NCBI RefSeq assembly: GCF_000172995.2
Contig: NC_014729.1
Coordinates: forward strand, 930,001 to 962,000
DNA: 32,000 nucleotides
Direction: 5' to 3'
Source: Halogeometricum borinquense DSM 11551
GTDB lineage: Archaea; Halobacteriota; Halobacteria; Halobacteriales; Haloferacaceae
A model generated the notes under the pieces. It had not been told where the DNA came from. It searched no databases and was given only the letters and a program-made list of their open reading frames with translations. A program made the translations under genes and the position numbers. Shown one piece after another: positions 9,491 through 17,975 of this stretch. The number at the start of each line of letters is the position of its first letter. The first letter of the stretch is position 1.

Positions 9491-11052
9491 GCGAATCGAC
9501 CACCGAAACGGGAGCAGATGCCCGCGAGACTGACGTACTGGTCGTCGGGTCTGGCATCGCCGGGTGTGCGGCGGCGCTCGCCGCGGCCCGTTCGGGCGCG
9601 AACGTCCTCGTAGCGACGAAAGCCACCGCGCCCGAAGACGCCTCGACGGACTGGGCGCAGGGTGGCATCGCCGTCACGGGCGAGGACCCGGAAACGTTCC
9701 GTGAGGATGTTCTCGATGCGAGCGACGGCACCGCCGACCCCGAAGCGGTCGATATCCTCGTCGGTGACGCCCGCGATGCCGTCGAAGACGTTCTCGTTGA
9801 CACGATCGGCGTTCCGTTCGACGGCGCGCCGGCGGGAGCAGGGCTCGACGACTACGACCATGGTCGGGAGGCGGCCCACTCGGAGCGTCGCATTCTGCAC
9901 GTGAACGCCAGCACCGGCGGGCACGTCCTCCGTCCGTTCCTGAACCATCTCCGCGACCACGACGGCGTGACGTTCCTCGAAGACGCGATGGCGCTTGACT
10001 TCCTGACGCACGAGGGACGCGTCCACGGTGTTCACCTCCTCCGGGAAGGATCAGTCGAACCGGTGTTCGCCGGTGCGACGGTGCTCGCTACGGGCGGCAT
10101 CGGCGCGTGTTACGGCACGACCACGAATCCCGACGGCGCGACGGGTGACGGCGTGGCGATGGCCGCGTTCGCCGGGGCACGCATCGCAGACATGCAGTAC
10201 GTGCAGTTCCACCCGACAGCGTACCCCGGAGACGACCCGTTCCTCGTCAGCGAGGCCGTTCGCGGCGAGGGTGCGGTTCTCAGAAACGGCGAGGGAGAAC
10301 GGTTCATGCCCGGCGTTCACGACGACGCCGAACTCGCACCACGGGACGTGGTCGCCCGCGCTGTCAAGGACGAACGCGACCGGACCGGCGAGGTTCGTCT
10401 CGACGTGTCGCCGGTCGAACCGGACTTCCGAACCGAATTCCCCGATTTAGCTGAGCTATGCGACGAACGCGACGTGGATCCCGAAGACGGAATTCCGGTC
10501 GCGCCCGCAGAACACTACCTCTGCGGTGGCATCGCCGTAGACGAACGCGGACGGACGACGCTGGACCGCCTGTTCGCTGCGGGCGAGTGCGCCCGAACCG
10601 GCGTCCACGGCGCGAACCGCCTCGCTTCGACCAGTCTGCTGGAAGGACTCGTCTGGGGACTTCGTGCGGGCGAGACGGCCGCGGACGCAGGCGCGGACGC
10701 CGCAGAACGGATCGAAACGCAGGAACCGCTCGATAGTGACCCGGAACTACCAGACGAGTTCGCTTCCGCGAAGTACGCTCGCCTCCGCGAGACGATGGAC
10801 TCAGCCGTTGGCGTCGAGCGAACGCACGCCGACCTCGAACAGGCCCGCTCGACAATCCGGCGTCTGAAAGGCGAGGTTGACGCCTACACGCGAACCCGCG
10901 TCTCCCGGTCGCTGTACGAACTCCGGAACGCGACAGTGTGCGCCCTCTTGGTCGCGCGGGCGGCCTCGGAAGCCCCCTCGGCCGGGTGTCACCACGTCGT
11001 AGACGCGGATGCCGAAGGATCGGCGAACGGAGGGGCGCGTGCTGACGACTGA
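9487..11052 (+). CDS. nadB: L-aspartate oxidase
   Basis: The N-terminal FAD dinucleotide fold DVLVVGSGIAGCAAA, plus ...AQGGIA...HPT...RGEG...GGI.VD.... Its start overlaps the nadA stop by 4 nt (ATGA). Confidence 0.93.
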   Translation: MSESTTETGADARETDVLVVGSGIAGCAAALAAARSGANVLVATKATAPEDASTDWAQGGIAVTGEDPETFREDVLDASDGTADPEAVDILVGDARDAVEDVLVDTIGVPFDGAPAGAGLDDYDHGREAAHSERRILHVNASTGGHVLRPFLNHLRDHDGVTFLEDAMALDFLTHEGRVHGVHLLREGSVEPVFAGATVLATGGIGACYGTTTNPDGATGDGVAMAAFAGARIADMQYVQFHPTAYPGDDPFLVSEAVRGEGAVLRNGEGERFMPGVHDDAELAPRDVVARAVKDERDRTGEVRLDVSPVEPDFRTEFPDLAELCDERDVDPEDGIPVAPAEHYLCGGIAVDERGRTTLDRLFAAGECARTGVHGANRLASTSLLEGLVWGLRAGETAADAGADAAERIETQEPLDSDPELPDEFASAKYARLRETMDSAVGVERTHADLEQARSTIRRLKGEVDAYTRTRVSRSLYELRNATVCALLVARAASEAPSAGCHHVVDADAEGSANGGARADD

Positions 11053-11851
11053 GACGGTCGAACGGTGGCTTCGAGAAGATGTCGGCCACCGCGACGTGAC
11101 GAACGACGTGCCCGGCGAGACGACCGGGCGATTGGTGGCGAAAGAGTCGGGCGTCGTCGCCGGACTCGACGCCGCCGTGACCGTCTTCGACTACCTCGGC
11201 GTGGCGGCGACGCCCGCCGTTGACGACGGTGCGAGCGTCGAACCCGGCGCTGTCGTCCTCGAAACGTCCGGACCCGCCCGCGAGACGCTCCGCGGCGAAC
11301 GCGTCGCTGTCAACGTCGTCGGCCACGCGTCCGGTGTCGCAACGCGGACGCGACGAGCGGTCGAGGCCGCTCACGAGGCGAATCCGGACGCTCGTGTCGC
11401 CGCCACGCGGAAGACGACGCCCGGCCTCCGCGGTGTCGAAAAGCGCGCCGTCGTCGCAGGCGGCGGTGACACCCACCGACTCACCCTCTCGGGGATGGTG
11501 ATGGTCAAGGACAACCACGTCGCCGAGATGGGTCTCGAAGGAGCCATCGAGCGCTTCCGCGAGCGAAAGTCGTTCGCCACGAAACTCGAAGTCGAAGTCG
11601 AGTCGCCCGAGATGGGCGCACGCGCCGCCGACGCGGGTACAGACATCGTTCTCTTCGACAACCTCTCGCCCGACGAGGTGCGCGACGGCGTCGAACGACT
11701 GCCCGATAGCGTCCTCGCGGAGGCGAGCGGTGGAATTACCCTCGACACCGTTGCAGACTACGCCGCGACGGGCGTGGACGTGGTATCGATGGGGTCGCTG
11801 ACGCACAGCGCGCCGAGTCTGGACTTCTCCTTCCGGACGGGCGAGACATAA
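11009..11851 (+). CDS. nadC: Nicotinate-nucleotide pyrophosphorylase (carboxylating) / quinolinate phosphoribosyltransferase
   Basis: WLREDVGHRDVT...RKTTPGLR...KDNH...SGGI are typical NadC motifs. The ATG at 11009 overlaps nadB by 44 nt. An in-frame GTG at 11039 (VLTTETVERW) would cut the overlap to 14 nt. Confidence 0.9.
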   Translation: MPKDRRTEGRVLTTETVERWLREDVGHRDVTNDVPGETTGRLVAKESGVVAGLDAAVTVFDYLGVAATPAVDDGASVEPGAVVLETSGPARETLRGERVAVNVVGHASGVATRTRRAVEAAHEANPDARVAATRKTTPGLRGVEKRAVVAGGGDTHRLTLSGMVMVKDNHVAEMGLEGAIERFRERKSFATKLEVEVESPEMGARAADAGTDIVLFDNLSPDEVRDGVERLPDSVLAEASGGITLDTVADYAATGVDVVSMGSLTHSAPSLDFSFRTGET

Positions 11852-11863
11852 CGCCGAACGTCG

Positions 11864-11881
11864 AGAACTGCTGTCAGTTCT
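11864..11881 (+). terminator. Hairpin downstream of nadC (7-bp stem agaactg/cagttct, loop ctgt)
   Basis: Seen directly in the sequence. No clear T-tract follows, so a terminator role is uncertain. Confidence 0.2.
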
Positions 11882-11932
11882 GCTTCGGTGCGAAGGGTAA
11901 TCTTCTCGGTGGCGGAGCGTCCACCACCGTCA

Positions 11933-12745
11933 ATGGCCCAAGCGTTCTTCGAACGTCTCGCTGACCGCATCCAACAGACCGACAGCGTCGTCTCGGTCGG
12001 ATTGGATTCTGACCTGTCCCGTATTCCTGACCACCTGCACGAGAAGGACCTACCGCGTTGGGCGTTCAACCGACGTATCATCGACGCGACGCACGAACAC
12101 GCCGCGTGTTACAAGCCGAACGCCGCGTTCTACGAGGACGCCGACGGCTGGCGGGCGCTCCGCGAGACCATCGCTTACGCACACGGAAAGGACGTACCCG
12201 TCCTCTTGGATGCAAAGCGCGCCGACATCGGCAACACGACTCGCCAGTACGCGAAACTGCTGGATGAGGTAGACGCAATCACCGTCAACCCCTACATGGG
12301 CCGCGACTCGCTGCAACCCTTCCTCGACCGGGGCGACAAGGGCGTCTTCATCCTCTGTCGAACCTCAAACCCCGGCGGCGAGGACTTACAGGACCTCGAA
12401 CTCGATTCGGGCGAACGGGTGTACGAACGAGTCGCCGCTCTCGCGGACCTCTGGAACCGCAACGATAACGTCGGCTTGGTCGTCGGCGCGACGGCACCTG
12501 ACGAGTTGGAGTCGATTCGAGAACAGGTCCCGGACCTTCCGTTCTTGGTGCCCGGAATCGGCGCGCAGGGCGGTGACGCCGAAGCCGCAGTGGAGTTCGG
12601 GCTGGCTGACGGCGTTGGTCTGGTGAACTCCTCGCGCGGTATCATCTTCGCCGGAGAGGACAACGGAGAGGAGTTCGCGCGCGGCGCTGGCGACGCGGCG
12701 CGTCGGCTGAAAAAGCGACTCAACCAGTACCGCGACAGTCAGTAG
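11933..12745 (+). CDS. pyrF: Orotidine 5'-phosphate decarboxylase
   Basis: MAQAFFERLADRIQQTDSVVSVGLD...YKPNAAFYE...LDAKRADIGNT...PGIGAQGG matches the type-2 OMP decarboxylase signature. Start at the second Met (11933). Confidence 0.9.
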   Translation: MAQAFFERLADRIQQTDSVVSVGLDSDLSRIPDHLHEKDLPRWAFNRRIIDATHEHAACYKPNAAFYEDADGWRALRETIAYAHGKDVPVLLDAKRADIGNTTRQYAKLLDEVDAITVNPYMGRDSLQPFLDRGDKGVFILCRTSNPGGEDLQDLELDSGERVYERVAALADLWNRNDNVGLVVGATAPDELESIREQVPDLPFLVPGIGAQGGDAEAAVEFGLADGVGLVNSSRGIIFAGEDNGEEFARGAGDAARRLKKRLNQYRDSQ

Positions 12746-12843
12746 ACGAGACCGACCGTGTAGAGGTGGTCTCGGAGAGCATCTTCGTCTGTGAACATCG
12801 CCTCGCAGGCCGGACACTCGTAGTCATCTACTGCTTGACTCAT
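12739..12843 (-). CDS. 34-aa zinc-finger-like micro-protein (C-x2-C ... H)
   Basis: MSQAVDDYECPACEAMFTDEDALRDHLYTVGLVY is C2H2-like but lacks a clear fourth ligand. It overlaps the pyrF 3' end by 7 nt in convergent orientation. The rest of the 104-aa ORF looks non-coding. Confidence 0.45.
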   Translation of the reverse strand: MSQAVDDYECPACEAMFTDEDALRDHLYTVGLVY

Positions 12844-12883
12844 ACTGGAAACATACCGTGGAGAATGGTAGCCGTTTTGCCCA

Positions 12884-13081
12884 TCAGATTCGGTGAACGT
12901 CGTCTTCGTCCACCTCGCTTCCGGCGGGTGAGATATCTCCCCTCCCTGAACGGTCGGCACAGCGAACACAAAGATTGCTGGCCCGGTCGAAATGGTCGTC
13001 GCACGCCGCCGTTCCGCACTGGACGCAGGTGTGCGTGGCCTCACGCGACTCACACACCTGACAGAGTCCGGAGAGGCTCAT
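12884..13081 (-). CDS. 65-aa Cys-rich double zinc-knuckle protein
   Basis: MSLSGLCQVCESREATHTCVQCGTAACDDHFDRASNLCVRCA has four C-x2-C/H pairs in a HIT-like interleaved arrangement, followed by an acidic tail. Confidence 0.55.
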   Translation of the reverse strand: MSLSGLCQVCESREATHTCVQCGTAACDDHFDRASNLCVRCADRSGRGDISPAGSEVDEDDVHRI

Positions 13082-13159
13082 ACGCGGCACTAGGTTCGGG
13101 AGGTATCTACTTCTTGGGGGTGGCGAGACGCTTACAGTCCTCCGAGTCCAACCCAGACT

Positions 13160-13672
13160 GTGGACCGGGACACTCTAGTGATGGGCCTCGCGGCGGTGTT
13201 CGCCGGCATCGCTATGCTCCTCATTGTCCTCGGTTTCGTCTATCAGTTGTTCCTCCTCGTTGCCGCCGTCCCGTTCATCGTGACTACGTACCTCATGTGG
13301 GACCACGCCAGCGGGAGGTTCCAAGCGCGGATTCGACAGGAGCAAACGCGGAGACGGGCACGATCCGGCCCGAACGCCGCCTCACGTGGTCCGAACGACT
13401 TCGAGGGATTCGGCCCCGGCCGTCGGTCAGCGACGAACACCGACAGTCGTAGAACCGGACGACGCTCTCGACGCACGACTCCCGACCAATCGCCGGACAG
13501 ACCGTCGGCGAGAGAGGCGTATCGAACCCTCGGACTCGACCCCTCGGCGACGACCGAGGAGGTCAAAGACGCCTACCGGCGCATGGTCAAAGAAGTCCAT
13601 CCCGACACTGAATCGGGGAGCAAAGAGGAGTTCAAGCGAGTGAATCGCGCGTACGAGCGACTCTCAGACTGA
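13160..13672 (+). CDS. Membrane-anchored J-domain (DnaJ-like) protein
   Basis: Two N-terminal hydrophobic helices, a basic linker, then the C-terminal J domain AYRTLGLDPSATTEEVKDAYRRMVKEVHPDTESGSKEEFKRVNRAYERL with the HPD motif. 13160 is a GTG; an alternative ATG is at 13181. Confidence 0.75.
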   Translation: MDRDTLVMGLAAVFAGIAMLLIVLGFVYQLFLLVAAVPFIVTTYLMWDHASGRFQARIRQEQTRRRARSGPNAASRGPNDFEGFGPGRRSATNTDSRRTGRRSRRTTPDQSPDRPSAREAYRTLGLDPSATTEEVKDAYRRMVKEVHPDTESGSKEEFKRVNRAYERLSD

Positions 13673-13796
13673 GTCTCTGATTTGGAACCGCGTTGGAATC
13701 GCTCCGAACTCGTTCGCTACATTCCGTGGCTGAGAGTCACATCCTCGCCCAAAATACGTCCACAGAACTCTACAGAGACCATATCTCTATTGTGAT

Positions 13797-15464
13797 ATGG
13801 ATTACCACGACACGGAAAGCGTTTTAGCCAGTCCTCTCATACCCGCGCCCATGAGCGCTGATCGGGCCGTCTTGCACGAGGCCCTTGAGCGCGGCGAAGA
13901 GGAAGGCGGAAATATCGAGTTCAAAGAACGACTCTCCCGCTCGGTCCACCTCGCAGACGGCCGATTGGAGAGTCTCGCCGCTCAACTCCGACACCGAGTG
14001 CTATCCGGCGACGGGACAGCGACGTACGTCGTCGGCGTCACAGACGATGGTGGTATCGCGGGTATCTCTCCCGACGCATTCTCCGAGTCGATGGACGTGC
14101 TTTCCATCCTCGCTGACGAAGCCGGAGCGCACATCGAAGACGTAGAGACATGGGGCGTCGGAGAGGCCTCATCTAACGGTCTCGTCGGCGTCGCCACGGT
14201 GAAAGAGGGAACCGCCCTCGATGCGGACGACGATCACATCGTCGTCGGCACGGCGGGTCACGTAGACCACGGTAAATCGACGCTTGTCGGTTCACTCGTC
14301 ACGGGACAGGCCGACAACGGAGAGGGCGGAACGCGCGGCTTCCTCGATGTCCAACCGCACGAAGTCGAACGCGGTCTCTCCGCGGACCTCTCGTACGCCG
14401 TCTACGGCTTCGACGACGACGGTCCCATCCACCTGCACAATCCACACCGAAAGTCCGACCGTGCCCGCGTCGTCCAAGAGTCGGACCGACTCGTTTCGTT
14501 CGTCGATACCGTCGGCCACGAACCGTGGCTTCGCACCACGATTCGCGGACTCGTCGGCCAACGCCTCGACTACGGCCTTCTCGTCGTCGCGGCGGACGAC
14601 GGCCCCACGAGGACGACGCGCGAACACCTCGGCATCCTGTTGGCGATGGAACTGCCGACTGTCGTCGCCCTAACGAAGACGGACGCCGTGAGCGACGAGC
14701 GCGTTCTGGAGGTCGAACGTGAAGTCGAACGCCTCCTGCGCGATGTCGAGCGAACGCCGCTTCCCGTCGAACGCCACGGCGTCGAAGCGGCCGTCGAGGA
14801 GATCAGTTCCGCTGTGGTTCCCGTCGTTCAGACGAGCGCGGTGACGATGGACGGTCTCGACGAGTTGGACTCGTTCTTCCAGCGACTGCCGAAGACCACC
14901 TCGGAAGCCCGTGAGGACTTCCGGATGTACATCGACCGGACGTACTCGGTGACCGGCGTCGGCGCAGTTGCCTCCGGAACCGTCAACTCCGGAAGCGTCG
15001 AGGCAGGCGACGAACTACTCGTCGGTCCCATGGCGGACGGGTCGTTCCGCCAAGTGGAGGTGCGCTCTATCGAGATGCACTACCACCGCGTGGATCGAGC
15101 GAAATCGGGTCGTATCGTCGGCATCGCCCTGAAAGGTGTGAAGGAATCGGAGATCGAACGCGGAATGGTGTTGTTGCCTGCTGACGCCGATCCGACGCCA
15201 GTTCGGTCGTTCGAGGCGGACGTGATGGTGTTGAACCATCCGACGCGCATCCGTGACGGTTACGAACCGGTCGTCCACCTCGAAACCGTGAGCGAAGCCG
15301 TCGTCTTCCATCCCGACGGCGGGCAACTGCTTCCCGGCGACACCGGCCACGCGACGGTGGAGTTCAAGTTCCGTCCGTATCTCGTCGAGAAGGGACAACG
15401 GTTCGTCTTCCGCGAGGGAAGTTCGAAAGGCGTCGGGACCGTCACCGAGATTCACGAGGGCTGA
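13797..15464 (+). CDS. GTPBP1-family translational-type GTPase (EF-1alpha-like)
   Basis: G1 GHVDHGKST, G3 DTVGHE, G4 TKTD, then EF-Tu-like beta-barrel domains. The N-terminal GGNIEFKE domain is typical of GTPBP1. The true start may be the Met at 13851. Confidence 0.9.
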   Translation: MDYHDTESVLASPLIPAPMSADRAVLHEALERGEEEGGNIEFKERLSRSVHLADGRLESLAAQLRHRVLSGDGTATYVVGVTDDGGIAGISPDAFSESMDVLSILADEAGAHIEDVETWGVGEASSNGLVGVATVKEGTALDADDDHIVVGTAGHVDHGKSTLVGSLVTGQADNGEGGTRGFLDVQPHEVERGLSADLSYAVYGFDDDGPIHLHNPHRKSDRARVVQESDRLVSFVDTVGHEPWLRTTIRGLVGQRLDYGLLVVAADDGPTRTTREHLGILLAMELPTVVALTKTDAVSDERVLEVEREVERLLRDVERTPLPVERHGVEAAVEEISSAVVPVVQTSAVTMDGLDELDSFFQRLPKTTSEAREDFRMYIDRTYSVTGVGAVASGTVNSGSVEAGDELLVGPMADGSFRQVEVRSIEMHYHRVDRAKSGRIVGIALKGVKESEIERGMVLLPADADPTPVRSFEADVMVLNHPTRIRDGYEPVVHLETVSEAVVFHPDGGQLLPGDTGHATVEFKFRPYLVEKGQRFVFREGSSKGVGTVTEIHEG

Positions 15465-15711
15465 TGCGGGCGGTTGTAACGAGATACTGGTTATCGCGAC
15501 CCTAGAGAGCCACCGATTATCGCGGACCCGGTGAAACCGTCCGTGAGCGATCACCGGGAAAAGACGGCACCCGTCCGCATGAGAGTGTCCGCCTCGTGCG
15601 GCGTCTCCGTGCATTCCGACGCCGGCGAGTCCCGGGCCAGTACGAGCGTTCAGTTATCAGAAACAGTAATCTGTTCTGAAAGCTTTTGTCGCTCCCGCCG
15701 AGAGGCAACCC

Positions 15712-16716
15712 ATGGAACTGTGTGGGTACGCGTTCGGCCGGGTGTGTGACATCGAACCCGACCGGACAGAGAGGGGCGTAATCGATATCCACGTCCCGCA
15801 GTCGGAGTACGCAAAGCGCGACGAGAAGGCCGTTCACGACTACGGATGGGGACCGTTCTGTTCGTTCGGCGTCCCCGACGACGGGACGCACTGTTCCGGC
15901 GTCTACGTCATTGCCGTTGCGGACGAAGTCGTCTACGTCGGTGAGACGAAAGACCTCTACGACCAGTTTACGAACGGGTACGGTCGCATTTCGCCTGCGA
16001 ACTGCTTCGAAGGCGGGCAGGGGACGAACTGTCGGCTGAACACCGGCATTTTCCACGCCGTCCGTGCCGGTGATCGGGTTTCTATTCACCTGCACGCGAC
16101 GGACGACTTCGAGGGAACAGAAGCGGAAAACCGCGCGCTTCGCCGAATCATCAAAGACGACCTCATCACGGCGATTGACCCCGAGTGGAACAAAAACACC
16201 TCCGACGAGACGAACGAGACAGCGGATCATCCGACGGCGGTGTCAGAGCCGAAAGCAGACCGTCCAGAGAATGCGCCGGACCCGACGGCCGATTGTCTGG
16301 AGGAAACTCCCGAATCGACGGCGGACAGACCGGGCGAGACTCCAGAACCGGCGGCAGACACGTTCGAGTTCCGAGAAACGACCCGACCGGACGACGCGCC
16401 GACTGGCGAGTTCTCGGAACTGTACGACTACCTCACGGAGCACGAACGCGATAGCGTCGAACGGACGTTTGCGGAACTGGAAGTCGTCCTCGATGCACCG
16501 CTTCCGACCGAGGCCCGGCGGTGGCAACGCTGGTGGACGAACGACCCGCTGTCACACCCGCACTCGAAGGCGTGGCTTCGGGCGGGATACAAGGTAGCCG
16601 ACGTGTCGCTTCCGGACGGCCAAGTCAGGTTCGAACGGCTTCGAGACAGCTCGCGTGCGTCGGATACAGCGGAAACACCGCAGGTCGGACGCGTCTCACC
16701 AGGGCGGCGGGAGTAA
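15712..16716 (+). CDS. GIY-YIG-like nuclease-domain protein with a Pro/Glu/Thr-rich linker and a conserved-looking C-terminal WW-x-N module
   Basis: GVYVIAVADEVVYVGET has GVY and YVG with 10-residue Tyr-to-Tyr spacing, then YGRISPANCFEGGQGTNCRLN and EAENRALRRI...DPEWN. The C-terminus is FAELEVVLDAPLPTEARRWQRWWTNDPLSHPHSKAWLRAGYKVADVSLPDGQVRFERL. Its 3' end overlaps the convergent HAD gene by 21 nt. Confidence 0.7.
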   Translation: MELCGYAFGRVCDIEPDRTERGVIDIHVPQSEYAKRDEKAVHDYGWGPFCSFGVPDDGTHCSGVYVIAVADEVVYVGETKDLYDQFTNGYGRISPANCFEGGQGTNCRLNTGIFHAVRAGDRVSIHLHATDDFEGTEAENRALRRIIKDDLITAIDPEWNKNTSDETNETADHPTAVSEPKADRPENAPDPTADCLEETPESTADRPGETPEPAADTFEFRETTRPDDAPTGEFSELYDYLTEHERDSVERTFAELEVVLDAPLPTEARRWQRWWTNDPLSHPHSKAWLRAGYKVADVSLPDGQVRFERLRDSSRASDTAETPQVGRVSPGRRE

Positions 16717-17388
16717 CGCCGAGACCGATTCGATTCGGTCGTCGGGACCCGGAGCGTCATCGGGTATCGGTTCGATGTCCGCCGAGGAGTCGGACACCCA
16801 CACCGAACCAACTCCTGCCGCGTTCGCCCCGGCCACGTCCGACTCGACGGAGTTACCGACGTGGACGGCATTCTCCGGAGCGACGTCGAGTCTGTCGAGA
16901 GCGAGGGCGAACGCGTCGGGAGCGGGCTTGGTTGCCGTCTCGTGTCCCGCGTACACGACAGTCTCAACGTACTCGCCCACACCGCTCGCATCGATTTTCT
17001 GCGCCTGCGCGTCTTGCGGGCCGTTGGTGACGACGCCGAGACGGTAGCGTCCGGCAAACGTTCGGAGGACGTGCTCGGCACCGGGAAGGAACTCGACGTT
17101 CCGGTGGTCGCGTGCCTCGGCGAACGCGTCGGCAACTTGCCGTCCCGTCTCAGGGTCGTACCCGCGTGACTCGCAGATGGCGGCGAAACACTCACGGCGG
17201 AGTTCCGCCATCGACGACGTTCTATCAGCAAACTCCTCGAACCGGTCGTAGTACGCTTCGACCGGGAAGAGGTGGTCCGTCCCGCACGCCTCGAACGCCT
17301 CGCCGAGGAGCGACCCCGGTGATCGACGGTAGCGAACGAGGGTGTCGTCCAAGTCGAACAGGACGGCTTCGACAGGTGGTTCGGTCAT
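16696..17388 (-). CDS. HAD-superfamily hydrolase (subfamily IA-like)
   Basis: MTEPPVEAVLFDLDDTLV carries the DxDxT motif I, then ...GVVTNG... (motif II) and ...HVGNSVESDVAGANAAG (motif IV). Start chosen at the Met just before motif I. Confidence 0.85.
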   Translation of the reverse strand: MTEPPVEAVLFDLDDTLVRYRRSPGSLLGEAFEACGTDHLFPVEAYYDRFEEFADRTSSMAELRRECFAAICESRGYDPETGRQVADAFAEARDHRNVEFLPGAEHVLRTFAGRYRLGVVTNGPQDAQAQKIDASGVGEYVETVVYAGHETATKPAPDAFALALDRLDVAPENAVHVGNSVESDVAGANAAGVGSVWVSDSSADIEPIPDDAPGPDDRIESVSALLPPPW

Positions 17389-17565
17389 AGATTCGAGTGA
17401 AACGGCCACCTGCAGGAGTGTTTCCATGGGTGATCGCTCGACCGTTGCTATCACCCCGGGACCAAACACACGACGGTTGACGACGCGACAGACACCAGCC
17501 ACACCAGCGGCCGAGTTCATGACAAATACATAGAATAAAACCAAGCTCCTCTTTATAGAGATTCA

Positions 17566-17868
17566 ATGGAACGCCGAGCATTCCTCCCCGGAACTTGTGC
17601 AGGGCTTGTTGCTGCTAGCGGTTGTCTGGGAATCGGAGCGAGTACGCCGTTCGTTACAGACAGGGAGGTGAATGTACTCGAACGCGGCTGTGGGGAGAAA
17701 CAGAACACTACATCCCTTGAGTACGATAAATCGGCCGACCAGCTTCATTTTGCGGGGACCGTCTCTGGGACGACCAACTGTGGAGGCCTCGATATTTCCT
17801 ATGCCTACAACGAGTCATCAAACCGGGTTATATTGGCGGAGAACGAATCGACAACAGAGTCGGCTTAA
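17566..17868 (+). CDS. Small secreted Tat-lipoprotein, hypothetical
   Basis: MERRAFLPGTCAGLVAASGCLG has the twin-arginine ERRAFL and the lipobox AASGC. The gene is visibly AT-richer than its neighbours, with Asn/Ser/Thr-rich composition. Confidence 0.55.
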   Translation: MERRAFLPGTCAGLVAASGCLGIGASTPFVTDREVNVLERGCGEKQNTTSLEYDKSADQLHFAGTVSGTTNCGGLDISYAYNESSNRVILAENESTTESA

Positions 17869-17975
17869 TGTCTTCAGAAGTAGGATTGGGTCTCAGTAGT
17901 TGTTAGTTCGGACCTCCTTTTAGTCAGAAACTTGAACAAACAACTGTTAACCGTCGGCACGCCTATCATCGTGAC

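Noticed and set aside
12766-13452. A 228-aa plus-strand ORF spanning the small zinc-finger genes and the start of the J-domain gene.
   Set aside because: It is Arg/Pro/Gly-rich and motif-free, and it overlaps better-supported genes on both strands.
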